A DNA stretch of 64,000 bases, from the IMG/VR virus record IMGVR_UViG_3300008107_000034; one strand, given 5' to 3'. The stretch comes from an uncultured virus (IMG/VR IMGVR_UViG_3300008107_000034) (Duplodnaviria; Heunggongvirae; Uroviricota; Caudoviricetes). A program made the translations under genes and the position numbers. Of the stretch, positions 21,239 through 29,031 are shown piece by piece (positions within the stretch are counted from its first letter, which is position 1; every line of letters begins with the position of its first letter). Below the pieces are notes generated by a model. It saw only the letters and a list, made by a program, of their open reading frames with translations, ran no database searches and had not been told where the DNA came from.

Positions 21239-24200
21239 ATGCCAAACACCAGAGGAGTATTTACATTAACATATATTAGAGAAGAAAAAATACCTTTTAC
21301 TAATGGATGGATTTCATTATCTGATGTTTGGATATCTCCTTCTCCATTAGCACTGCCACTTGCAGGATACTTTGGTGGTGGTTTTCTTTCTCCTGCTCCA
21401 AGATCAACGATGGATAAGGTTACTTATGCATCTGATACAACAGCAGCAGTTCCTGGTGCAAACTTAAGTGTTGCTCGTAATAGTTTAGGAGCAACGGGAT
21501 CTTCTACTGCTGGATATTTTGCGGGTGGAAATTCCTCCGGACCAATTCACTCAACAACTGATAAGGTCACTTATTCGACTGATACAAGATCAACAATTCC
21601 TGGTGCTTCATTAAGTTCTCCTCGTTATGGATCTGGAGCAACAGGAAACTCAACCGCAGGATACTTTGGTGGTGGATCTGAACCAGCATATGTGACAACA
21701 ATGGATAAGATCACTTATTCAACTGATACTAGATCAACAGTTCCTGGTGCCGCATTAAGTGCTGCTCGTTATTATCTTGCTGCAACAGGATCTTCATCCG
21801 CTGGATACTTTGGTGGTGGTACTCAAAATGTAGTTCCTCAACCAATATATTCGATAATGGATAAGTTGACTTATTCATCTGATACAGCAGCAGCAGTTCC
21901 TGGTGCATTTTTAAGTGATGCTCGTTTTAGTCTTGCTGCAACGGGATCTTCAACCGCAGGATATTTTGGTGGTGGAACATCTTCTGGTGGTGCAAGATCA
22001 ATAATCGATAAGGTTACTTATGCGTCTGATACCACAGCAGTAATTCCTGGCACATTTTTAAGTGCTGATCGTTATAATCTTGCCGCAACAGGAAATTCAA
22101 CAGCAGGATACTTTGGTGGTGGAAATAGTTCTCCAGGATTTCCCATACCAGTAAGATCGACGATGGATAAGGTATCATATTCTACTGACACACGAACAAC
22201 AGTTGCTGGTGCCTCATTAAGTGTTGCTCGGGTTAATCTTGCAGCATCAAGTGCATTTTTCTTTGCTCCATCAGACCCACCAACAAGATTTACTGATGCA
22301 ACACCAGCACCAGACACTGGATACTTTGGTGGTGGATCTGGTGGTGGATTTCATACAACAATGGATAAGGTTACTTATGCGTCTGATACTACAGCAGCAG
22401 TTCCTGGTGCATCATTAAGTGCTGCACGTTATGGTTTGGCAGCAACAGGTAACTCAACAGCAGGATATTTTGGTGGTGGTTATTTTACAGACATAATGGA
22501 TAAGGTTACTTATGCATCTGATACTACAGTAGCAGTTCCTGGTGCCGCATTAAGTGTTGGTCGTTCTTATCTTGCCGCAACAGGAAACTCAACAGCAGGA
22601 TACTTTGGTGGTGGTTTAGGACTTACATTGATGGATAAGGTCACTTATTCAACCGACACAACAGCAGCAGTTCCTGGAGCATCCTTAAGTGTTGCTCGTT
22701 ACTATCTTGCCGCAACAGGAAACTCAACATCAGGATACTTTGGTGGTGGTAATCCTGGTCCAAGATCAACAATGGATAAGGTCACTTATTCATCAGACAC
22801 CACTGCAGCAGTTCCTGGTGCCGCATTAAGTGTTCCTGCTCGTTATGGTCTTGCCGCAACAGGAAACTCAACAGCAGGATACTTTGGTGGTGGTCAAACA
22901 TTCTCAACAATGGATAAGGTCACTTATTCATCAGACACCACTGCAGCAGTTCCTGGTGCCGCATTAAGTGCAGCACGTGGTTATCTTGGTGCAACAGGTA
23001 ATTCAACAGCAGGATACTTTGGTGGTGGTCCTGGATTCTTAGAAATGGATAAGGTCACTTATTCATCAGATACCACAGCAGCAGTTCCTGGTGCAAACTT
23101 AAGTTATCCCCGATTTGGTCTTGCTGCATCAAGCGCAAGAGCAAATGCACTACCACAACCACCAGCACTCACTGCAACACCAGGAACAGTTAATGTAACA
23201 GCACCAAACACTGGGTACTTTGGTGGTGGTTCTGCTCCTGGTGTAAGATCAACAATGGATAAGGTCACTTATTCAACTGATACAACAGTAGCAGCTCCTG
23301 GAGCAGCATTAAGTGCTGCTCGTTATCGTCTGGCAGCAACAGGAAACTCAACCGCAGGATACTTTGGTGGTGGTCAGGTTCCTGGTGTCGGAAATTATTC
23401 AACAATGGATAAGGTCACTTATTCATCAGACACCACAGCAGCAGTTCCATTGGCTAAACTATCTAGTGCTCGTGAAATATCAAGTGCAACAGGATCTTCA
23501 ACAGCAGGATACTTTGGTGGTGGATATGGATTTCCCTCACAAATATCAACAATGGATAAGGTAACTTATTCATCTGATACCACAGCAGCACTTCCTACTG
23601 CTGGATTTTTGAGTGTAGGTCGCACTTACGGATCTGCAACAGGAAACTCAACCGCAGGATACTTTGGTGGTGGTTATGGTACTAGTACAGAACTAAGATC
23701 GACAATGGATAAGTTAACTTATTCTACTGATACTACAGCACAAGTTCCTGGTGCCTCATTAAGTGCAGCACGTTATCATCTGGCAGCAACAGGAAACTCA
23801 ACCGCAGGTTACTTTGGTGGTGGCACTCCACCCAGTCCGGGATTGACTGGTGTTGATCGATCAACAATGGATAAGGTCACTTATGCGACTGATACTACAG
23901 CAGCAGTTCCTGGTGCATTTTTGAGCACCAATCGTTGTAAAGTTGCTGCAACAGGAAACTCAAATGCAGGATATTTTGGTGGTGGAGCGTCTTATGGTCT
24001 TCCTCTTTTTTCAAGAATAGATAAGGTCACTTATTCTAATGATACAACAGCAGCAGTTCCTAGTGCATCATTAAGTGTTGCTCGTAGTGATCTTGCTGCA
24101 TCAAGTGCCAGAGCAAATGCATTGCCACAACCAACCTTTGAGACCCCATCATTCGCACCGACTCCGAACACTGGATACTTTGGTGGTGGTTTTAATCCTG

Positions 24201-25075
24201 GTGGTACAAGATCAACAATGGATAAAGTTACTTATTCAACAGATACAACAGCAACAGTTACTGGTGCTGCATTAAGTGCAGCACGTTATGGACTTGCTGC
24301 AACAGGATCCTTAACCGCAGGATACTTTGGTGGTGGTTTTCCTGGTCCCCAGTCAACAATGGATAAGGTTACTTATTCCACTGATACAACAGCAGCAGTT
24401 CCTGGTGCAGCATTAAGTGTTGGTCGTTTTAGTTTTGCTGCAACAGGATCTTCAACTGCAGGATACTTCGGTGGTGGAGTGGGATCAGCATTCCCTATAC
24501 CCAATTACTCAACAATGGATAAGGTTACTTATGCATCTGACACCACAGCAGCAGTTCCTGGTGCCGCATTAAGTGCTGCTCGTCGTTATCTTGCCGCAAC
24601 AGGAAACTCAACTGCTGGATACTTTGGTGGTGGTCTTCCTACATCATCATTAATGGATAAGGTCACTTATTCATCAGACACAACAGCAGCAGTTCCTGGT
24701 GCAGCATTAAGTGTTGCTCGTTCTCAACTTGCTGCAACAGGTAATCAATCTTCTGGATACTTTGGTGGTGGTTCTCCTGCACCATCGACAATGGATAAGG
24801 TCACTTATTCATCAGACACCACAGCAGCAGTTCCTGGTGCCGCATTAAGTGGAACACGTTATCGTCTGGCAGCATCAGGAAACTCAACTGCTGGTTATTT
24901 TGGTGGTGGTGGTCCTGGTACATTCTCAACAATGGATAAGGTCACTTATTCATCAGATACAACAGCAGCAGTTCCTGGTGCAGCATTAAGTGTTGCTCGT
25001 AGGTCTCTTGCAGCATCAAGCGCAAGAGCAAACGCATTGCCACAACCGACATACCCTGCATCATTTAACGTATAA
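21239..25075 (+). CDS. Kelch-like multi-beta-propeller protein C (24 blades)
   Basis: Same repeat and grouping; N-terminus MPNTRGVFTL. Confidence 0.8.
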   Translation: MPNTRGVFTLTYIREEKIPFTNGWISLSDVWISPSPLALPLAGYFGGGFLSPAPRSTMDKVTYASDTTAAVPGANLSVARNSLGATGSSTAGYFAGGNSSGPIHSTTDKVTYSTDTRSTIPGASLSSPRYGSGATGNSTAGYFGGGSEPAYVTTMDKITYSTDTRSTVPGAALSAARYYLAATGSSSAGYFGGGTQNVVPQPIYSIMDKLTYSSDTAAAVPGAFLSDARFSLAATGSSTAGYFGGGTSSGGARSIIDKVTYASDTTAVIPGTFLSADRYNLAATGNSTAGYFGGGNSSPGFPIPVRSTMDKVSYSTDTRTTVAGASLSVARVNLAASSAFFFAPSDPPTRFTDATPAPDTGYFGGGSGGGFHTTMDKVTYASDTTAAVPGASLSAARYGLAATGNSTAGYFGGGYFTDIMDKVTYASDTTVAVPGAALSVGRSYLAATGNSTAGYFGGGLGLTLMDKVTYSTDTTAAVPGASLSVARYYLAATGNSTSGYFGGGNPGPRSTMDKVTYSSDTTAAVPGAALSVPARYGLAATGNSTAGYFGGGQTFSTMDKVTYSSDTTAAVPGAALSAARGYLGATGNSTAGYFGGGPGFLEMDKVTYSSDTTAAVPGANLSYPRFGLAASSARANALPQPPALTATPGTVNVTAPNTGYFGGGSAPGVRSTMDKVTYSTDTTVAAPGAALSAARYRLAATGNSTAGYFGGGQVPGVGNYSTMDKVTYSSDTTAAVPLAKLSSAREISSATGSSTAGYFGGGYGFPSQISTMDKVTYSSDTTAALPTAGFLSVGRTYGSATGNSTAGYFGGGYGTSTELRSTMDKLTYSTDTTAQVPGASLSAARYHLAATGNSTAGYFGGGTPPSPGLTGVDRSTMDKVTYATDTTAAVPGAFLSTNRCKVAATGNSNAGYFGGGASYGLPLFSRIDKVTYSNDTTAAVPSASLSVARSDLAASSARANALPQPTFETPSFAPTPNTGYFGGGFNPGGTRSTMDKVTYSTDTTATVTGAALSAARYGLAATGSLTAGYFGGGFPGPQSTMDKVTYSTDTTAAVPGAALSVGRFSFAATGSSTAGYFGGGVGSAFPIPNYSTMDKVTYASDTTAAVPGAALSAARRYLAATGNSTAGYFGGGLPTSSLMDKVTYSSDTTAAVPGAALSVARSQLAATGNQSSGYFGGGSPAPSTMDKVTYSSDTTAAVPGAALSGTRYRLAASGNSTAGYFGGGGPGTFSTMDKVTYSSDTTAAVPGAALSVARRSLAASSARANALPQPTYPASFNV

Positions 25076-25100
25076 TTAGTGTTATAATATTCAAAAACTT
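25060..25100 (+). promoter_or_regulatory. Extended -10 promoter-like junction, copy 3
   Basis: atcatttaacgtataattagtgttataatattcaaaaa, identical to 19761-19798. Confidence 0.55.
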
Positions 25101-25766
25101 ATGATTGAAAATCCTTTATCTTATGTTTTGATCAAACCAAATGTGATCAATGAACATGGTGTTCAAGAAATAGTTCAACATATCAAGTCTTCAACAGCAA
25201 CTGATCTAGCAGTCTTTGATCCACATAAGTCAAATGAGACTGGTGGTAAGGAATGGAGAGTCGATAAGACCATTCGTGACACACAACATATTGAGATGGG
25301 CCCGATTCAACCAAAGATCATTGAGTTGATGCACAATGTCGTCAAAGAAGTTGTCAATCCTTTTTATGGTGTAGAAATCTGCGAAAGTGAAGTTCCTCAG
25401 ATTTTGTCCTATGGAATTGGAGGTCACTACTGCCCACATATTGATGGTGAATCTCTTTGGCAGACTCCTGATGGTGAACTGATTTGGAAGAAATCAACCG
25501 AACGAGATCTATCAATGGTCTTTTATCTGAACGATGACTTTGAAGGTGGCGATTTTATATTTCCAGATCTCAAGATTCGTGTGAGACCAGAACCAGGAAT
25601 GATGGTTTGCTTCCCATCTAATCATCATTATAAGCATGGAGTCGAACCAGTCACAAAAGGAAAAAGATATTCGATTGTTTGCTGGGCAAAGGTCAAAGGG
25701 TTTCCTACAATGGATGATCAAAACAAGGAACTCTCTCAAAAGTATGGGATTGCCATAAATAATTAA
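25101..25766 (+). CDS. Prolyl-4-hydroxylase-like 2OG-Fe(II) oxygenase
   Basis: YGIGGHYCPHID, YLNDDFEGG, HGVEPVTKGKRYSIVCW. Confidence 0.85.
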   Translation: MIENPLSYVLIKPNVINEHGVQEIVQHIKSSTATDLAVFDPHKSNETGGKEWRVDKTIRDTQHIEMGPIQPKIIELMHNVVKEVVNPFYGVEICESEVPQILSYGIGGHYCPHIDGESLWQTPDGELIWKKSTERDLSMVFYLNDDFEGGDFIFPDLKIRVRPEPGMMVCFPSNHHYKHGVEPVTKGKRYSIVCWAKVKGFPTMDDQNKELSQKYGIAINN

Positions 25767-25783
25767 AGATTTTTCAAATTACA

Positions 25784-26179
25784 ATGCAATATATCAAACA
25801 TTATTATGTTGATGATAACAATAATTCTTTTTGTTGTGAACTTTCAGAACCAAATTATAAGAGACATCCTTATAAAGAATATGCTGGACTGGACGTGAAA
25901 GTTTGGTTAAAAGATTCCGAAGGTGTAGATGTTTGTCTTTCTGAAGTTCCAGACTCAACTGCAGTAACGACGATTGTAAGTCCTTGTGGAAAAAATAGTG
26001 TTCAAGTTTTGACTGAAGAAGAATATAACTCAGTTGCAAATTTTTACTTGAAGTCTATATCACTTCTTTTAGAATCTGAAACAGCAAGAAGTTCTGGTGA
26101 TGAAGAAACTGCATTGGAAAAACAGACCGCGGCCACAGAAAAACTTTCTGAAGCATCTGCTGCTCTTCATGCTCTTTAA
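25784..26179 (+). CDS. Hypothetical protein
   Basis: 131-aa ORF preceded by an ATAAATA late-type motif. Confidence 0.65.
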   Translation: MQYIKHYYVDDNNNSFCCELSEPNYKRHPYKEYAGLDVKVWLKDSEGVDVCLSEVPDSTAVTTIVSPCGKNSVQVLTEEEYNSVANFYLKSISLLLESETARSSGDEETALEKQTAATEKLSEASAALHAL

Positions 26180-26180
26180 C

Positions 26181-26209
26181 TTGACACCTGATTCAAAATC
26201 CTTTATAAT
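26181..26209 (+). promoter_or_regulatory. Sigma70-type promoter
   Basis: TTGACA(26181)-17 nt-TATAAT(26204), perfect consensus. Confidence 0.8.
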
Positions 26210-26214
26210 ATTCA

Positions 26215-26315
26215 AGTCTTCACAATCCTTGTAACTTTGGGAATGAAGACCACTTCTCTGTGGTGGGAGAGGTGAGTTGGTGGTTCATAAGGAGGGTATT
26301 ACCCTCCTTTTTTTC
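26215..26315 (+). ncRNA. Candidate ~100-nt small RNA
   Basis: Lies between a consensus promoter and an intrinsic terminator; two hairpins (gtcttca/tgaagac; cacttctc/gagaggtg). Confidence 0.45.
26290..26315 (+). terminator. Rho-independent terminator
   Basis: aggagggt-att-accctcct followed by a T-run. Confidence 0.8.
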
Positions 26316-26347
26316 TATTATAAATTACTATAAATCTTTTGCTACTT

Positions 26348-26584
26348 ATGAATTTTACTGTATACTCAAAAGAAAATTGCCCATATTGCTATAAAGTTAA
26401 ACAAGTATTAGAATTGACAGGAAGTAACTTTGTAGTGTATAATTTAGGAGAACATTTTACCAAAGACGAATTTTACGCAGAATTTGGAGAAAGTTCCACA
26501 TTTCCTCAAGTCATTTGTGATGATAAAAAACTAGGAGGATGTACTGATACAGTTAAGTTTTTGAAAGAGAAACAAATTGTCTGA
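26348..26584 (+). CDS. Glutaredoxin
   Basis: CPYC active site, TFPQV, LGGCTD. Confidence 0.9.
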   Translation: MNFTVYSKENCPYCYKVKQVLELTGSNFVVYNLGEHFTKDEFYAEFGESSTFPQVICDDKKLGGCTDTVKFLKEKQIV

Positions 26585-26792
26585 TAAAAACATAAATAAC
26601 TCTGACCACAGAAATCGTGGTGTTGAACTCATTCTTAATGGAGGCAAACGAAAGCAAACTCAACCATTCCATATCATTTTTGAGAAGATAGTTTGCTTTC
26701 TGAATCGGGAAGTTACTATCTATTTTGAGTTTTCCTTTAAGGCAAGGAAAAGAAAAGTAATTTCCCGGAGAAAGAAAAATGTTAGCAGTTAG
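26577..26792 (+). CDS. Hypothetical protein
   Basis: 71-aa ORF (TTG start) overlapping both neighbours in operon fashion. Confidence 0.45.
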   Translation: MSDKNINNSDHRNRGVELILNGGKRKQTQPFHIIFEKIVCFLNREVTIYFEFSFKARKRKVISRRKKNVSS

Positions 26793-27012
26793 TTTAGTCT
26801 TTGGTTCCTTTCTAACCATACTGTTTCTTATAGTGGGACTTATAACTGGTTGGGTAGCAAGAGAATATATGATGAATTATCAAGATACACCTAAACTTCA
26901 TCCAGAATTTTTTGATGACAAAGGAAATGTAATTGCAGATGAAGTTTTAGCAGTAAGTTTTAATCCTGATTATTTCCTTGATGAGGATTTAGATGAGGAT
27001 GATGAAGATTAA
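26779..27012 (+). CDS. Small membrane protein
   Basis: N-terminal hydrophobic helix, HPEFFD motif, acidic tail. Confidence 0.7.
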   Translation: MLAVSLVFGSFLTILFLIVGLITGWVAREYMMNYQDTPKLHPEFFDDKGNVIADEVLAVSFNPDYFLDEDLDEDDED

Positions 27013-27048
27013 CTAAATATTGTAAATGATTTTAGATTCTGGATTTTT

Positions 27049-27654
27049 ATGACTACGACAACACAAAAAAAAGCATCGACTAAAGCAAAAGTTATTTCTG
27101 TTAAAACAACAGACGACCAAATTAAAGAATTGCCAACCAATCCTTTTGCATTTGAAGTTCTTCAACTTGTTTCGAAACAAAGATCAAATGTAAAAAAAGT
27201 TGAAGTTCTAAAAAAATATGAACATCTTTCATTGAAAGCGATTTTTATTTGGAATTTTGATGAAAGTGTTATTTCAATTCTTCCACCTGGAGACGTTCCT
27301 TATGCAAGTGTTGGGGAACAAAATTCATTTAGCGGCACCATGAGTGAAAAAATTGGAGATGCTGTTACTAAAATGCAAGAGGTAGGAAGTAATTCTCTTG
27401 GATCACAAGATCAAGGATTTTCTTCAATTCGTAAAGAATATGATAAATTTTATAATTTTATTAAAGGTGGGAATGATAGTCTGAGTTCTCTTCGTAGAGA
27501 AACAATGTTTATTAATATTCTTCAAGGACTTCATCCTCTTGAAGCAGAAATCCTAATTTTATGTAAGGATAAAAAACTTGGAGAAAAATATAAACTCACA
27601 AAGGAAATTGTCTCTGAGGCATATCCTGATATTCACTGGGGAGGTCGTTCGTGA
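27049..27654 (+). CDS. Conserved T4-like phage hypothetical protein
   Basis: LPPGDVPY and RRETMFINILQGLHPLEAEIL motifs. Confidence 0.7.
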   Translation: MTTTTQKKASTKAKVISVKTTDDQIKELPTNPFAFEVLQLVSKQRSNVKKVEVLKKYEHLSLKAIFIWNFDESVISILPPGDVPYASVGEQNSFSGTMSEKIGDAVTKMQEVGSNSLGSQDQGFSSIRKEYDKFYNFIKGGNDSLSSLRRETMFINILQGLHPLEAEILILCKDKKLGEKYKLTKEIVSEAYPDIHWGGRS

Positions 27655-28004
27655 GTCAAGTTCATGATGTAATTGGAGTAAAGCAAAATACGGAAAATAA
27701 TATGGACCATTGGACATCAGCAGAAAAAGAAACTTGTAAGTCACGTTATGGTTGTGATATTCTGATTGAAAATGGTTCATATACTGACGTTTGTACTAAA
27801 GAAGCTCCAAATGATGCTTATATCATAAAGTATTTTGTAGATGAAAAGATCTGTTTTGATCTTACAAGAGGAAGTAGAATTAAATTGTTTGATATGTACT
27901 GGGATAAGTTTCGTGGCAATCTGAAGAGTATTGACTTTGGATACGGACGAGTCAATCCAAAACTCTGGGGTTACAAATCCCCCGAAAAGAAAAAGCGAAA
28001 GTGA
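27651..28004 (+). CDS. Hypothetical cyanophage protein
   Basis: 117-aa ORF, GYGRVNPKLWG motif; true start may be the internal ATG. Confidence 0.65.
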   Translation: MSQVHDVIGVKQNTENNMDHWTSAEKETCKSRYGCDILIENGSYTDVCTKEAPNDAYIIKYFVDEKICFDLTRGSRIKLFDMYWDKFRGNLKSIDFGYGRVNPKLWGYKSPEKKKRK

Positions 28005-28013
28005 TTTACAAAA

Positions 28014-28043
28014 TGCTGGGAAAAAATCCCGGCAATTTTTTTG
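28014..28043 (+). terminator. Probable intrinsic terminator
   Basis: tgctggga-aaaaa-tcccggca followed by a T-run. Confidence 0.55.
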
Positions 28044-28064
28044 CCCCCTTAAGATTTGTAAAAG

Positions 28065-28080
28065 TGTAACATTTTATACA
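28065..28080. promoter_or_regulatory. NtcA-binding-site-like palindrome
   Basis: TGTA-ACATTTTA-TACA matches the cyanobacterial TGTA-N8-TACA consensus. Confidence 0.6.
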
Positions 28081-28088
28081 CAGTAATA

Positions 28089-28117
28089 TTGCTATATAAT
28101 CTGAAAAGGTCTATAAT
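28089..28117 (+). promoter_or_regulatory. Sigma70-type promoter
   Basis: TTGCTA-17 nt-TATAAT(28112), just upstream of aptamer 1. Confidence 0.6.
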
Positions 28118-28124
28118 GACCTTA

Positions 28125-28166
28125 CGTTCATCTGGAAACAGACGGAAGTAAGCCGACGCGGAACGG
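28125..28166 (+). ncRNA. Glutamine riboswitch-like aptamer 1 (glnA/Downstream-peptide type)
   Basis: CGTTCA-[TCTG GAAA CAGA]-CGGAAGTAA-GCCGAC-GCGGAACG; CGTTC pairs with GAACG. Confidence 0.65.
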
Positions 28167-28167
28167 G

Positions 28168-28758
28168 ATGCCTATGTTTTTCTATACCTACTACTCATAC
28201 GAACCTTATGGTCGTGGATATATTGGTTCTAGGGGTTCTTCTGTAGAACCTTCTATGGATTTTTATATGGGGAGTTATACGGATGAAACTTTCAGTCCAA
28301 CTGAAAAAATTATCCTATCCATCCACGAGACTAGAGAAGATGCACACTTAGCAGAAATAAAACTCCATGAGTTCTTCTCTGTTGATGAGAATCAACACTT
28401 CGCTAATAAGGTGAAGTCAACAAAAGTTGGTCTATGCTCCTATGGTATGGTTCGTGTGAATAATGGAATAGAAGAAAAACTAGTCCATAAAAACCAAATA
28501 CCTAATGGTTGGGTTAAAGGTAGACTGAGAGATTTATCTACTTATATCAACACTCCTGAAAAATATCTAAATGATAGAAGAAGGGGTGGTGGATATAAAG
28601 TTTTCTTGGAAGACGTAGATAAAAATCCTTCTATCTTAGATATACCTATTAGAGAACTTGGTGAAATGTATGGGACTAGTCATACTTCTATTCGTAGGTG
28701 GAAAAAGAGTAGGTCGTTCATTCGGTATTCGCAAATACCGAACGCAAACGCCGACTGA
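28168..28758 (+). CDS. Free-standing GIY-YIG (Seg-like) homing endonuclease with C-terminal HTH
   Basis: YTYYSYEPYGRGYIGSR...Y.GS...EIKLH...FAN; C-terminal IRELGEMYGTSHTSIRRW. Confidence 0.75.
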   Translation: MPMFFYTYYSYEPYGRGYIGSRGSSVEPSMDFYMGSYTDETFSPTEKIILSIHETREDAHLAEIKLHEFFSVDENQHFANKVKSTKVGLCSYGMVRVNNGIEEKLVHKNQIPNGWVKGRLRDLSTYINTPEKYLNDRRRGGGYKVFLEDVDKNPSILDIPIRELGEMYGTSHTSIRRWKKSRSFIRYSQIPNANAD

Positions 28759-28766
28759 AGGAACGC
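28715..28766 (+). ncRNA. Glutamine riboswitch-like aptamer 2
   Basis: CGTTCA-[TTCGGTATT CGCA AATACCGAA]-CGCAAAC-GCCGAC-TGAAGGAACGC, immediately upstream of the YRG peptide. Confidence 0.7.
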
Positions 28767-28797
28767 TCTTTAACCTAAAAAACTAAGGAGAAACCTA

Positions 28798-28935
28798 ATG
28801 TCTAAAGTCGTATATCGCGGCATTGAATATGATACTCAAAAGCGTCTTGAGTATCAACAACAGATGATGCAGCAACCCCAACAATACAACGAAACCTATC
28901 GTGGTGTTAAGTTTGTAAAGGAGGGGCATAAGTGA
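28798..28935 (+). CDS. DUF4278-like small protein (45 aa)
   Basis: MSKVVYRGIEYD...ETYRGVKF with two YRG motifs; strong AAGGAG SD; not in the ORF track. Confidence 0.75.
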   Translation: MSKVVYRGIEYDTQKRLEYQQQMMQQPQQYNETYRGVKFVKEGHK

Positions 28936-29027
28936 TGAAGAAAATTAATGTACTTCAACTTATTAAAGATCAAAAGAAAAAAGAAGATCGTAAATACAAA
29001 GCACAACTTGCAATGGCAATGCGATGA
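28935..29027 (+). CDS. Small basic peptide (30 aa)
   Basis: MKKINVLQLIKDQKKKEDRKYKAQLAMAMR; TGATG coupling and GGAGG SD. Confidence 0.55.
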   Translation: MKKINVLQLIKDQKKKEDRKYKAQLAMAMR

Positions 29028-29031
29028 CATT

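Larger units (their letters stand above)
8465..25040 (+). repeat. Dispersed in-frame ~140-150-nt repeat family (72 copies in three genes)
   Basis: Recurrent ggatactttggtggtgg, tcaacaatggataaggtcacttattcatcagatacc and gcagcagttcctggtgc blocks. Confidence 0.9.

Noticed and set aside
8465..25040. CRISPR-like array (constant repeats with variable spacers)
   Set aside because: The repeats are in-frame coding units of three long ORFs with synonymous third-position variation. There is no cas operon, and the PD-(D/E)xK nuclease at 31977 sits in its usual T4-like core context.
8360..25075. Diversity-generating retroelement acting on the propeller loops
   Set aside because: No reverse transcriptase or non-coding template repeat in the window. 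The variation includes length changes and is not adenine-specific.
8360..25075. Multi-core RiPP precursor polyproteins
   Set aside because: Considered because of the adjacent tailoring enzymes. The strict six-repeat grouping and Kelch-like pattern favour folded propellers, and no protease or transporter is present. Not fully excluded.
26243..26275. MKTTSLWWER as a Trp attenuator leader peptide
   Set aside because: No SD, no obvious antiterminator, and the downstream gene is glutaredoxin with its own late-type promoter motifs.
28167..28714. Group I intron housing the GIY-YIG ORF
   Set aside because: The ORF fills the whole insert, leaving no room for P/Q/R/S core elements.
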